Position numbers and translations under genes: made by a program. A model generated the notes under the pieces. The model was not told where the DNA came from. It did not search any database and saw nothing but the letters and a program-made list of their open reading frames with translations. A stretch of DNA of 63,926 nucleotides, counting the filler, from an uncultured bacterium (GTDB lineage Bacteria; CAZSTA01): NCBI GenBank assembly GCA_964609495.1. It is 8 parts of 8 records of this genome, joined end to end, with 100 filler letters (N's around TTAATTAATTAA, not from the genome) between each part and the next. Parts side by side here need not be neighbours in the genome. Positions count along the whole stretch, not along the records: positions 18,109 to 26,890 come from CAZSTA010000159.1; positions 26,991 to 35,727 come from CAZSTA010000160.1; 6 more parts are not named here. One strand, written 5' to 3'. Each line of letters starts with the position of its first letter. The first letter of the stretch is position 1. Shown here piece by piece: positions 18,431 to 28,271 of this stretch.

Positions 18431-19423
18431 ATGTTATTCACAGGCAAGTTATCGCCTGAGAAACTTCAAGAGTTGGTGCTTCCCTTTCTAGGAGCTAAGC
18501 GTCCCGAGGTGTTAGTTCATTCCCAGTTGGGAGAGGATTCAGCGGTCTTGGACTTCGGCGAATATGTTTGTGTTATATCGACCGACCCTATAACTGGGTC
18601 AGTTGAGAACATAGGACGTTTAGCGGTTTATGTTTCGTGTAATGATGTCGCCTCCTGCGGAGCATCGCCTTTAGGAATTATGATGACTTTACTGGCCCCT
18701 GAAGGTTGTTCGGAGGGTGACATTGAACGGGTTATGCGTCAGGTCAGTGATACGTCTTCGGAGTTGGGGATCGAGGTTTTAGGAGGGCATACGGAGATCA
18801 CTCCCAAGGTCAAGGAGATGATCATATCCACTACGGCGATAGGTAGGGCACCTCGAAATCACTATGTAACCTCCTCTGGGGCTTCGCCCGGAGAGGATAT
18901 AGTTATGACGAAAGATGCCGGACTAGAGGGGACTTCAATCATCGCTAGCGATTTCGAGGAGTTACTCATCCCCAAGCTTGGATATGATCTGATAAAGCGG
19001 GCTCAGAACTTCATCTCCGAGATCAATGTCGTTCCCGAGGGGGTTCTGGCCGCTTCTTTGGGAGCTACTGCTATGCACGATGCGACTGAAGGAGGGATTT
19101 ACGGAGCTCTCTATGAGATAGCCCAGGCTTCTCAGATCGGTTTTGAGATCTGGGAGGACAAGATCCCCATTCGCTCAGAGACTAAAAAGATATGTGAACA
19201 CTTCGGTCTTAATCCTTATGGGCTGATCTCAAGTGGCTGTATGTTGATTGTAGCGGAAGAAGGAGGACGAATAGTCTATGGGCTTAAGGAGATAGGGGTT
19301 AAGGCGACGATAATCGGGCGAACTGCCGTTGAGAGAAGGGTTGTAGTGCGAGGAGGAGAGATTATTACCTTTCAACCTCCTAAAAGGGATGAGTTGTGGA
19401 GATTATTGGATGAAAGAACTTGA
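18431..19423 (+). CDS. AIR synthase-related protein (HypE/ThiL/PurM superfamily)
   Basis: GEDSAV, STDPIT, NDVASCGA, GGHTE and MHDATEGG motifs. Confidence 0.88.
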   Translation: MLFTGKLSPEKLQELVLPFLGAKRPEVLVHSQLGEDSAVLDFGEYVCVISTDPITGSVENIGRLAVYVSCNDVASCGASPLGIMMTLLAPEGCSEGDIERVMRQVSDTSSELGIEVLGGHTEITPKVKEMIISTTAIGRAPRNHYVTSSGASPGEDIVMTKDAGLEGTSIIASDFEELLIPKLGYDLIKRAQNFISEINVVPEGVLAASLGATAMHDATEGGIYGALYEIAQASQIGFEIWEDKIPIRSETKKICEHFGLNPYGLISSGCMLIVAEEGGRIVYGLKEIGVKATIIGRTAVERRVVVRGGEIITFQPPKRDELWRLLDERT

Positions 19424-19446
19424 TCTTGTAGTAAGGAGCTGTAAAT

Positions 19447-20316
19447 ATGATTTTGAGGATCGGATTTCCCAAGGGAAGCTTACAGGAATCTACCTTCAGG
19501 TTATTCGATATGGCTGGATTCGTTATAACCGTCTCTTCCAGATCTTATGTGCCGCAAATAGATGATCCTGAGCTTGAGGGACTGTTGATGAGGGCTCAAG
19601 AGATCCCTCGTTATGTGGAGAGCGGAGTCTTAGATGTTGGCTTAACTGGTAAGGATTGGATCGTGGAACAGGGGGCAGATGTGGTGGAGGTGGAAGACCT
19701 AATTTATGCCAAAGAGGGTATGAGACCAGTGAGGTGGGTCGTGGCTGTTCCCGACGATTCTTCTATTCAGTCCATCGAGGATCTCCAGGGGAAGCATATA
19801 GCCACGGAGTTGGTTAATTTTACGAAGAGATATCTTGAGGAGCGAGGAATTACCGCTTATGTGGAGTTCTCGTGGGGAGCAACGGAGGTCAAACCTCCCA
19901 GGTTGGCTGATGCCATCGTGGAGTTGACGGAGACGGGCAACTCGCTTAGGGCTAATAATCTACGGATAGTAGAGACTGTGTTGGAGTCAACCACCAAGTT
20001 GATCGCTAATAAAGAGGCTTGGAAGGATCCTTGGAAGAGGAGGAAGATAGAGAACTTAGCTTTACTCTTGCAGGGGGCTCTCAATGCGGTCGATAAAGTT
20101 GGATTGAAGATGAATGTTAATAGGGCTGATCTAGAGAAGGTCTTAAATCAACTTCCTGCTCTTCACACCCCGACTATATCTAATCTATATGATCCCGATT
20201 GGGTGGCACTCGAGGTGATATTGGATGAGAAGAAGGCGCGAGATCTTATCCCTAGGTTAAAGGATGCCGGAGCGACAGGGATCGTGGAGTATAGATTAAC
20301 TAAGGTGATCTATTGA
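19447..20316 (+). CDS. hisG: ATP phosphoribosyltransferase, long form
   Basis: [37 protein letters not shown] motifs and the C-terminal regulatory domain. Confidence 0.96.
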   Translation: MILRIGFPKGSLQESTFRLFDMAGFVITVSSRSYVPQIDDPELEGLLMRAQEIPRYVESGVLDVGLTGKDWIVEQGADVVEVEDLIYAKEGMRPVRWVVAVPDDSSIQSIEDLQGKHIATELVNFTKRYLEERGITAYVEFSWGATEVKPPRLADAIVELTETGNSLRANNLRIVETVLESTTKLIANKEAWKDPWKRRKIENLALLLQGALNAVDKVGLKMNVNRADLEKVLNQLPALHTPTISNLYDPDWVALEVILDEKKARDLIPRLKDAGATGIVEYRLTKVIY

Positions 20317-20348
20317 ATTCGGTTAGATAAGAACTCTCCTCTCTGCAA

Positions 20349-20388
20349 GTTCCCTCTCCCTTTGCGGGAGAGGGCTAGGGTGAGGGGG
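20349..20388. repeat. REP-B copy downstream of hisG
   Basis: GTTCCCTCTCCCTTTGCGGGAGAGGGCTAGGGTGAGGGGG. Confidence 0.85.
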
Positions 20389-20433
20389 AAGATCGGGTCT
20401 TGAACTCATCTAAATGTCTTTACTTCGTAATGC

Positions 20434-20679
20434 ACCCTCCCCCTAACCCCCTCTCGTCGGGCTCTGTAAAAAATAGAATGAAAAAACTCAAAAATTTGCT
20501 GAACTGGTGCGATGAAAGGTGGGGGGAAAGTCAAGAAACCACATAGAATTTAGCTTCAGCTTCAATTTAGAGGGGTAATTTTTGACAGAACCTCCCGTCA
20601 AGGGAGGGGGAACTAAAAGGCTTTAGTTCAATCTCAGTGTTTCCTCTCCCCTTGTGGGAGAGGGCTAGGGAGAGGGGGG
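20434..20679. repeat. REP doublet whose REP-A is split by a MITE
   Basis: CCCTCCCCCTAACCCCCTCTCGTC | insertion | TCCCGTCAAGGGAGGGGG, then linker, then REP-B. Confidence 0.8.
20460..20592 (+). mobile_element. 133-bp MITE, copy 1
   Basis: Imperfect 15-bp TIRs GGCTCTGTAAAAAAT...ATTTTTGACAGAACC; flanks TCTCGTCG/TCCCGTCA; near-identical inverted copy at 47848-47981. Confidence 0.85.
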
Positions 20680-20758
20680 AATTATAGAACAGATAATCGA
20701 AACTACTTAATAGACCTATTCTTCCCAAGACTAAGAAGGAATAGGAGGTGTTTAAATT

Positions 20759-22510
20759 ATGAGAAAATATCTTTCTCTTATCGGATTATTGGTCATCCTA
20801 ATATCGGGAATGGCTTCATCTGTCCTATCAGCGGATAGTTGGGCGGTGATAATCGGTATCTCCAAGTATAAGGATCCAAATATCCCTCCTACCTTCTGTG
20901 CCAATAACGCTCGAGCTTTATACGATCTTTTGATCGATAAAGCTGGTTTTATCTCAGGTGAGACCATTAAGCTCTTAGTCGATGAGGAGGCAACCAAAGC
21001 GAAGATCGAGGAAGCTATTTATGGTTGGTTGGGACAGAAGGCAAAAGAGGAAGATCTGGTGATCATCTATTATTCAGGGCATGGCTTCCCTCTTCCTGAT
21101 GCTGATGGAGATGAGAAGCAACGGGATCAAGATGACATCTACGATGAATGTCTCTCTACTTATGATATGATGATTGATAATCCGATAAAAGCGATCCCCG
21201 ATGACATCTTTGGCTATTGGCTTAGAAGGATAAGGTCCAGGAAGATAATCCTTTTCATTGATAGTTGCTTTTCCGGGGGAGCCGCTCAGAGCTTATCACT
21301 TCCGATAGGAGGAGCATTATCTGCTAAGTCTGAGGAGATTGGGAAAGGTGTGGTATCAGATCTAGAGAGAGACGGAACGTTCGTATTGACCGCAAGCATG
21401 GATGATGAGGAGGCCTGGCAATCTAGGAGCTTAGGGGAGTCAGTCTTTAGCCATTATCTTATAGAAGCACTGAGGGGAGGAGCGGATGCTGAGGGGAATT
21501 GGGATGGAGAGATATCGATAGGAGAAGTCAAGGATTACGTATTCAAGTATGTTCCTGAGTATTATAAGAGGGATGTTATGGTGAAGAAGCAGATACCGAC
21601 CTATAATGATAAGTTGGGAGAAGATGTGATTATAATCTCTCCAGAGAAGGTTGTTAAGGGAAAGATAATAAAGGTTTTATCCGAGGAGAAGGTGGGGCTT
21701 GATCTAGGGAGAAGAGATGGCATGAAGGAGGGGGATGAGTATCAAGTAGTTACTTCTGAGGAGAAGACAGCGAAGTTGCTCAAAATTACAGAAATTTTTG
21801 AATCTAGAGCAGTGGCTGAAGTAGTGAGGGATATATTACCAGAGGTGAAATTAGAAGAGGGATTGAAAATTAGAAGAGGATGGCCTCCAGATAGACCTTC
21901 GGTTATTCCGATTGATGAGATAACAGCAGAGGTAATAACTTCTGATAACTTTGATAGCCAATCTCTTGGAGATCGCCCTCGGGGTTGGGATCTAGCAGGA
22001 GGAGCAAGGGCAGATTGGTCTATCAGCGATGAATATTCTTATAGTAAGCCTAACTCTCTGAAGATCACAGTTACCTCTACCTCAGCACCAGGAAATGCAG
22101 GAGTAGTGCAAAAGCAATTCCCTTGGCCTCTCTCTAAAGATTTAACTTTTGAATTCTCCGTTCTAGTTGCTGAGAATAATATATCTCACATCGTTGTCGG
22201 AGTTAAGGAAGGAAAAGCCAGGTTTATGATACTCTTCAGCAACTATGGGGAGTTGTGTTACCACGATTCCCGAAGTTTTAACGTAGTATCCACCTATTCC
22301 CCTAATACCTGGTATGATTTCAAAATCATCTATCATCCTTCTACTGATACTCACGACTTATACCTCAACGGTGCTCTCCAGGGCTCTGCTCTCTCATCGC
22401 CTGATCATCCCCGTCCTGCTGGGGATTACTTCGGAGTGAGCTTCGATACAGCTGGTTATCTGGGTGGAACAACGTATCTGGACGATATTAGAATCTATGA
22501 TAGCGAATAA
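20759..22510 (+). CDS. Secreted C14 (caspase/metacaspase-like) peptidase with C-terminal beta-rich domains
   Basis: Signal peptide; WAVIIGISKY, IYYSGHG and FIDSCFSG dyad; LDLGRRDGMKEGD (FlgT-C-like) and a jelly-roll-like tail ending YLDDIRI. Confidence 0.85.
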   Translation: MRKYLSLIGLLVILISGMASSVLSADSWAVIIGISKYKDPNIPPTFCANNARALYDLLIDKAGFISGETIKLLVDEEATKAKIEEAIYGWLGQKAKEEDLVIIYYSGHGFPLPDADGDEKQRDQDDIYDECLSTYDMMIDNPIKAIPDDIFGYWLRRIRSRKIILFIDSCFSGGAAQSLSLPIGGALSAKSEEIGKGVVSDLERDGTFVLTASMDDEEAWQSRSLGESVFSHYLIEALRGGADAEGNWDGEISIGEVKDYVFKYVPEYYKRDVMVKKQIPTYNDKLGEDVIIISPEKVVKGKIIKVLSEEKVGLDLGRRDGMKEGDEYQVVTSEEKTAKLLKITEIFESRAVAEVVRDILPEVKLEEGLKIRRGWPPDRPSVIPIDEITAEVITSDNFDSQSLGDRPRGWDLAGGARADWSISDEYSYSKPNSLKITVTSTSAPGNAGVVQKQFPWPLSKDLTFEFSVLVAENNISHIVVGVKEGKARFMILFSNYGELCYHDSRSFNVVSTYSPNTWYDFKIIYHPSTDTHDLYLNGALQGSALSSPDHPRPAGDYFGVSFDTAGYLGGTTYLDDIRIYDSE

Positions 22511-22605
22511 CTCCCTCTGAAGTATGATGGATTTCTTATTAAAATAACAGTTAGGTGATATATTACGTAAGCTCATTTCCCCTCTTTTGTACTTGTATAG
22601 AACCA

Positions 22606-22761
22606 ATCTGGATGTTCCCTCNNNNNNNNNNNNNNNNNNNNNNNNNNNNNNNNNNNNNNNNNNNNNNNNNNNNNNNNNNNNNNNNNNNNNNNNNNNNNNN
22701 NNNNNNNNNNNNNNNNNNNNNGTTCCCTCTCCCCTCGTGGGAGAGGGACAGGGTGAGGGGG
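22606..22761. repeat. REP-B copy (or copies) spanning the scaffold gap
   Basis: ATCTGGATGTTCCCTC before the 100-N gap and GTTCCCTCTCCCCTCGTGGGAGAGGGACAGGGTGAGGGGG after it. Confidence 0.75.
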
Positions 22762-22830
22762 TAATACAAAGTATAGACCATTATATCTTATGCTCTGCAT
22801 AACCGAATAATTGGAGTTGGAAAGTGGAAA

Positions 22831-23910
22831 ATGAAAGAACATTGGACTATCTTAGCGATTAATCCAGGCTCTATCACAACTAAGATCGCTCTCTTCAGAG
22901 ACGAAGATAGCCTCTTCGAGGAGACGATAGAACATAGCGATGAGCCACTAGAGAGATTCCCCCGGATAGCCGATCAATGTGATTTTAGAAAGAGGGAGAT
23001 CTTGGATATCTTGGCAAGATATGAAATATCTCTTAAAGAGCTAGATGCTATCGTCTGTCGGGGAGGACTCCTCAAACCGATGGAGGCGGGGACCTATCGG
23101 ATAAATGAAGTTATGATAAAAGAATTACAGGAGGCGAGCTATGGGGAGCATGCTTCGAACTTAGCCGCCTTGATCACTCAACAGCTTCTCAAAGATATAG
23201 GGGAGATACCCATCTTTATAGTAGATCCTCCGGTAGTAGATGAATTCGAGCCGATCGCTCGGATATCTGGAACTCCTCTGATCGAGAGGAAAAGCCGTTG
23301 GCACGTCCTAAACGCTCGCTCGAGAGCGAAGAGAGCCGCCTCGGAATTGGGAGGAAGCTATGAGAAGATGAACTTCATCGTAGCTCATCTGGGAGGAGGT
23401 ATATCGGTAAGCGCTCATAGAAGAGGCAGAACGATAGATGTCAATAACGCTCTTTTGGGAGATGGGCCCTTCTCTCCTCAGAGAGCAGGAACTTTGCCGA
23501 TTGGCGATCTGATCGAGTTATGTTTCTCGGGAAAATGGACGCGAGAGGAACTTTTGCGCCGTTTCTCTATAGAAGGAGGGTTGACCGATTATCTGGGGAC
23601 TGATAATGGCAGGGAGGTGGAGGAGAGAATCGCAAGGGGAGATAAGAAAGCGGAGTTGATCTATCAAGCTATGGCCTATCAAATAGCTAAGACCATTGGG
23701 GAGATGGCTACAGTCCTAAGGGGGGAGGTGGATGCTATAGTGCTGACTGGAGGATTAGCCAGATCCGCCCTCCTCGTCAAATGGATAGAGGAACGAGTAT
23801 CCTTCATCGCAGAAGTAAAGGTCTATCCAGGTCAGGAGGAGATGAGGGCGCTAGTAGAAGGGGCTCTGGAGGTTCTAAGAGGACTTAAGGAAGCTAAAAT
23901 CTATAAGTAA
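22831..23910 (+). CDS. buk: Butyrate kinase
   Basis: ILAINPGS, RGGLLKP, EHASNL, VAHLGGGISV, DGPFSPQRAG and VYPGQEEM motifs. Confidence 0.95.
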   Translation: MKEHWTILAINPGSITTKIALFRDEDSLFEETIEHSDEPLERFPRIADQCDFRKREILDILARYEISLKELDAIVCRGGLLKPMEAGTYRINEVMIKELQEASYGEHASNLAALITQQLLKDIGEIPIFIVDPPVVDEFEPIARISGTPLIERKSRWHVLNARSRAKRAASELGGSYEKMNFIVAHLGGGISVSAHRRGRTIDVNNALLGDGPFSPQRAGTLPIGDLIELCFSGKWTREELLRRFSIEGGLTDYLGTDNGREVEERIARGDKKAELIYQAMAYQIAKTIGEMATVLRGEVDAIVLTGGLARSALLVKWIEERVSFIAEVKVYPGQEEMRALVEGALEVLRGLKEAKIYK

Positions 23911-23918
23911 ATTAATTC

Positions 23919-25715
23919 CTAGTTCCTTCCTTCTCGCTGTAACATCTCAAACTTCTGGAGGAATCTCTTCGCCCCCTCGAAGTCTCCTTTAGCTTCCGCT
24001 TCAGATATCTTCTGTTGAATCTCCTCCCGCTTTATCTTGATGTTATGCTCTTTGATCTTAGTCAGATAGTCGTCAAGAAGAGCTCTTTCTTGGCCTAAGA
24101 TGATATGATCCCTACCTTCAAGTAATAACTCGGTGAGGGTCTCTCTGGCTCTTTCATCCTCCAAGTGATTGAGAAGATAATCGGGATCTAGCGAGATGTT
24201 ATTCTCAAAGGATTCCTTTATAACTGCCATAATACTGCAATAAGAAGGATTGGTAAGATCGATTATCTTGATCTCCTTAACCACCTCGGCGACTAACTCC
24301 TGGTTGAATAATATGAGTTGAATTAGTCCCTTTTCGGCAGATATCTCTCCCCGAAGTTTTACCAAATCCTCAAGTGAGAAGGTAGGAGCTCTCTTCCTAG
24401 TCTTCTTAAGTTGAGCCAGTTGAGAGCGGATAATTATCTCTCCCACCTCTAATTCCTCGCTTAACCTCTTTATATATATCCCTTGACTGATGGGGTCTTT
24501 CAGAGATGAGATAGCGGGAAGAAGTGCATTTATTATGTTAACTTTCCCTTCGGCTTTATTCTTATCATACTTCTCACAGGTTATGTTTATCATAAAGTCC
24601 AGAATAGATTGGGAATTATCAACAGCCTCCAGAAAAGCGTCTTTGCTTTTGGCTCTGATAAAGCTATCTGGATCCATACCTCGGGGAATGAGAGCGATCT
24701 TAATATCCAACTTTTCCTGTTTTAATAGGTCCATTCCCCTCTTCGTGGCAGAGCTACCCGCGGTATCCGCGTCGAAAGCTAGATTAACCTCCTCGGCATA
24801 GCGAGCTAGTAGTTTCACTTGTCCCCTCGTTAGGGAAGTGCCTAAGGAGGCCACTACGTTATCTATCCCACACTGATGGGCGGTTATCACATCGACATAT
24901 CCCTCGACGATGATAGCTTTGTTCAACTTTTGGATAGAGGATTTAGCCAGATGTAAGCCGTAGAGGTTATTACCCTTCTTATAGATCAGGGTCTCAGGTG
25001 AGTTTATATATTTAGGTTGATCTTCGACTTCCTCTAGTATCCTTCCTCCGAAGCCTATAACTTGATTTCTAAGGTTGAGGATAGGGAACATTATCCTTCC
25101 CCGGAAGCGATCGTAGAAACCTTTTCCTGCCTTTCGAGGTAGCGCTAAACCAGCTTTAACCAATAGTTGAGGGCGAATTCCCTTAGAGCCCATAGCCTTC
25201 AGAAGACCATCCCAGGAAGGTAAAGAGTAGCCTAGCTCGAATCTTTCTATTATCTCTTGGGAAAACCCTCTTTTCTTAAGATACTTTCTAGCGTTCTCGG
25301 CGGCTTTGCTATTCAGAAGGAGATCGTGATAATAGGTGGATGCCTCTTTATTTATATCGTATAACTCTTTTCTTTCCTTTGCCTTCTTCTCCTGTTGAGG
25401 AGAGCGTTTAGCGGAAGGAAGAGATATACCGGCCCGATCGGCTAGGAGCTTAACCGCCTCCATAAAGCCGATCTTCTCCATTTTCATAATGAAGGAGAAG
25501 ACATCCCCGCTCGCTCCACATCCAAAGCAATGATAAAATTGCTTTTCAGGATCCACGGAGAAGGAGGGGGTCTTTTCGGAGTGGAAAGGGCATAGCCCCT
25601 TATAATTCTTACCCGTTCGCTTTAGATCCACTCTCTCCGAGATAACCTCTACGATATCGGAGGCATAACGGATCTCATTTACGATATCGTCGAAGTGGCT
25701 ATCCTGAGTTATCAT
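23919..25715 (-). CDS. dnaG: DNA primase
   Basis: CPFHSEKTPSF...HCFGC zinc finger, DRFRGRIMFPI, KYINSPET, EGYVD and Toprim FDADTAG. Confidence 0.97.
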   Translation of the reverse strand: MITQDSHFDDIVNEIRYASDIVEVISERVDLKRTGKNYKGLCPFHSEKTPSFSVDPEKQFYHCFGCGASGDVFSFIMKMEKIGFMEAVKLLADRAGISLPSAKRSPQQEKKAKERKELYDINKEASTYYHDLLLNSKAAENARKYLKKRGFSQEIIERFELGYSLPSWDGLLKAMGSKGIRPQLLVKAGLALPRKAGKGFYDRFRGRIMFPILNLRNQVIGFGGRILEEVEDQPKYINSPETLIYKKGNNLYGLHLAKSSIQKLNKAIIVEGYVDVITAHQCGIDNVVASLGTSLTRGQVKLLARYAEEVNLAFDADTAGSSATKRGMDLLKQEKLDIKIALIPRGMDPDSFIRAKSKDAFLEAVDNSQSILDFMINITCEKYDKNKAEGKVNIINALLPAISSLKDPISQGIYIKRLSEELEVGEIIIRSQLAQLKKTRKRAPTFSLEDLVKLRGEISAEKGLIQLILFNQELVAEVVKEIKIIDLTNPSYCSIMAVIKESFENNISLDPDYLLNHLEDERARETLTELLLEGRDHIILGQERALLDDYLTKIKEHNIKIKREEIQQKISEAEAKGDFEGAKRFLQKFEMLQREGRN

Positions 25716-25772
25716 AATAGAAAACCTCTCTCTATTCTTTTCACTCGCAGAATATAGGTAAGTTGGGGAAGA

Positions 25773-25800
25773 ATAGCCCGCATCTTGTGACGCGGGCTAT
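25773..25800 (-). terminator. Hairpin between the TolB-like gene and dnaG
   Basis: ATAGCCCGC...GCGGGCTAT 9-bp stem; weak U tract. Confidence 0.4.
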
Positions 25801-25816
25801 ATAGATTCTACTTGGA

Positions 25817-26890
25817 TTACCAATCAGGTTCATTATCCTCGGCACTATTGTCGGTCAATCTAGTCTGATCACTTCCATCGGCTTTCATCGAGTAGATCTC
25901 ACTATTTCCATCTCGATAAGAGCAAAAAGCGATTCTGCTCCCCTCAGGTGACCAAGTTGCACCCCACTCCTCTGAACCAGGTTGATTGGTTAGATTATAT
26001 TGAAGAGTTGGGTTGGAAACATCCAGATAATAGATCTCCCAATCCCCGTCTCGGTGAGACTCGAAAGTGATCTTGCTCCCATCTGGGGACCAGGCTGGCG
26101 TGAAGTTGAACTTCGTAGGATTATTTGTCAGATTAACAACATCTGTTCCATCACTCTTCATCTTATAGATGTCAGCACGCTTAGGAGGGTGGAGGCGAGT
26201 GAAAGCGATCTCACTTCCATCAGGGGACCAACTAGGAAGAATATCCCAATCATCCAGGTTAATAGTGAGCCTAGTTTGGTTAGAGCCATCTGCGTTCATC
26301 ACATAGATCTCAGGCTCGCCATCCCGTTCGGACATAAAGGCGATCTTAGTGCCATCCGGTGACCAAGCAGGTTGTTCACTAGTACCAGGAACGTCAGTGA
26401 GCCTAGTAACAGAAGTGCCATCCACATTCATCACATAGATGTCGGAAAGGGTTCCATCCCGATCGGAGTCGAAAGCGATCTTAGTGCCATCAGGAGAAAT
26501 AGTAGGCTCCCCGTCACGTGCGGAATTATTAGTCAATCTAGTCTGATTGGCTCCAGTGGCATCCATTATGTAGATCTCGTAATTTCCGTCCCGATTGGAC
26601 ATAAAAACGATCTTAGAGGACGCCACCAAGATAGTTATACTACTGCTGTTCTCTCCTCCCTTACCATCACTCACCTTTACGCTTATCGTGTAACTCTTAT
26701 CCCCGCTAATTGAAGGTGCGGTCCAAGTCGTAGAGCTTCCAGTCGTAGAACTGAAACTCCCTTCATCTGGACTCACACTCCAAGTGTAAGTGAGGGTATC
26801 CCCCTCGATATCTGTTGATGAGGCGGTAAGGTTGACTGTTCCTCCTGACTTGACGGTAGTAGCAGAAGCAGTTATCGTTGGCTTGGAAGG
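25817..26890 (-). CDS. Ig/PKD-like domain + TolB-like PD40 beta-propeller protein; 5' truncated
   Basis: Repeats PAWSPDGxKIAFxSxRDGxxEIYVMxADG; frame open to the contig end (PSKPTITAS...DIEGDTLTYTWS). Confidence 0.88.
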   Translation of the reverse strand, partial: PSKPTITASATTVKSGGTVNLTASSTDIEGDTLTYTWSVSPDEGSFSSTTGSSTTWTAPSISGDKSYTISVKVSDGKGGENSSSITILVASSKIVFMSNRDGNYEIYIMDATGANQTRLTNNSARDGEPTISPDGTKIAFDSDRDGTLSDIYVMNVDGTSVTRLTDVPGTSEQPAWSPDGTKIAFMSERDGEPEIYVMNADGSNQTRLTINLDDWDILPSWSPDGSEIAFTRLHPPKRADIYKMKSDGTDVVNLTNNPTKFNFTPAWSPDGSKITFESHRDGDWEIYYLDVSNPTLQYNLTNQPGSEEWGATWSPEGSRIAFCSYRDGNSEIYSMKADGSDQTRLTDNSAEDNEPDW

Positions 26891-26990
26891 NNNNNNNNNN
26901 NNNNNNNNNNNNNNNNNNNNNNNNNNNNNNNNNNTTAATTAATTAANNNNNNNNNNNNNNNNNNNNNNNNNNNNNNNNNNNNNNNNNNNN

Positions 26991-27181
26991 AACTCGTTCA
27001 CTATCCGCCGAGTGTCATCCCTAGATATTCCATCCACCACTAATATCTCAAGCTTGTCCTTTGGATAATCCCCCTCGGCTATCGAGATGAGGCACTTTTC
27101 GATGGTGCTGGCCTCATTTCGTGCTGGAACCACTACGGAGACAAAAGGGGTGTCATCCTCGTCTTCAGGAGAGTAGTTCAA
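26991..27181 (-). CDS. Glycosyltransferase family 2, 5' part (truncated by the contig end)
   Basis: VSVVVPARNE...EILVVDGISRDDT. Confidence 0.88.
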
Positions 27182-28214
27182 GATAGGCTTCCTCCATTCG
27201 CCTCATATTATTTTTCCAATCTCCTCGCAGATCGATAAGTTTGCTATTGATCTTCTTAGCATCTTCCCTTAAATTCCTATCCCGCAAGGCTCTAACTATT
27301 CGCTCAGCTAATATCTGAGGGGAATCAGGAGGGATTAAAAAGCCATTCCTTCCGTCCTCGATCCACTCCCTATTACCTGGAATAGAGATCACGATAGGGA
27401 AAGTCCCTACCGCCATCGCCTCTAAAAGACTCATAGAAGTCCCATCCGAGAGGCAGGTAGATACATATATTGGCGAGGATTCTAAGTAATCAGGGATTAC
27501 GTTATGATCAACTTCCCCCCTAAATTCGACCCTATCCTCAACTTTTAATTCCTCCGATATCCGCTGAAGTTCCTCCTTTTGATATCCCTCTCCTAGAATG
27601 AGGAATCTGGCAGAAGGTATCTCCTTTAGAACATAAGGGGTAGCTCTCAGTAAAAGTTGAAGGTTATAAACTGGCTCTAACTTTCGGGTGCTTAATACTA
27701 TAGGCTCGGATGGTTCCTTCCCTCTACATTTAAATACATCTCTATCAACTCCATATTGAAAGACAAGTATCTTATCTCTAGGCACGCCCAACTTGACCAA
27801 TTCCTCAGCCATATGCTCAGCGACGGTTGTCACTAAGTCCGCCTTACCCAACGCATAGCGGACGAGTTGATTTAAGATCAGCGATTTTCGGGGGGAGATC
27901 AAGAGATCCGATCCATGAGCAGTCATCACTAGAGGATGAAATCTGCTCAGAGCTGAAAGAAAACCGTAGCTGGTAAGATAGTGAGCATGAAGTATATCAG
28001 GCTTTAGAGAATGAACTATATCCCTTACCCGCCTTATATTGAAGAGATACTTCAATTTAGAAGGGATACGAGAAGTGATATAATGAACTTCTGCTCCATC
28101 TATAGAGGATGGTCGGAAGGAGATGATATGAACTCGATGTCCTCTTTGCACAAAGTAAGAGGCCCATTTTTGGGTATGAACACTTGGCGCATCTCCTAAG
28201 AAACATAGTTTCAT
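27165..28214 (-). CDS. Glycosyltransferase family 4
   Basis: Likely start MKLCFLGD at 28214; PDILHAHY, HGSDL and SLLEAMA motifs. Confidence 0.9.
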   Translation of the reverse strand: MKLCFLGDAPSVHTQKWASYFVQRGHRVHIISFRPSSIDGAEVHYITSRIPSKLKYLFNIRRVRDIVHSLKPDILHAHYLTSYGFLSALSRFHPLVMTAHGSDLLISPRKSLILNQLVRYALGKADLVTTVAEHMAEELVKLGVPRDKILVFQYGVDRDVFKCRGKEPSEPIVLSTRKLEPVYNLQLLLRATPYVLKEIPSARFLILGEGYQKEELQRISEELKVEDRVEFRGEVDHNVIPDYLESSPIYVSTCLSDGTSMSLLEAMAVGTFPIVISIPGNREWIEDGRNGFLIPPDSPQILAERIVRALRDRNLREDAKKINSKLIDLRGDWKNNMRRMEEAYLELLS

Positions 28215-28271
28215 AATGAGGGAGCAAGCTCCTCCCACCCCCCTATATTCAATATAAGTTCTCAAAATAAT

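Noticed and set aside
18199-18447. 82-aa minus-strand ORF
   Set aside because: It is the antisense of the real Trm112-family gene at 18224-18397
22555-22842. Short ORFs spanning the N gap and REP (also 39960-40163)
   Set aside because: Translations of REP sequence and Ns (FPLPSWERDRVRG, PHPIPLPRGERE)
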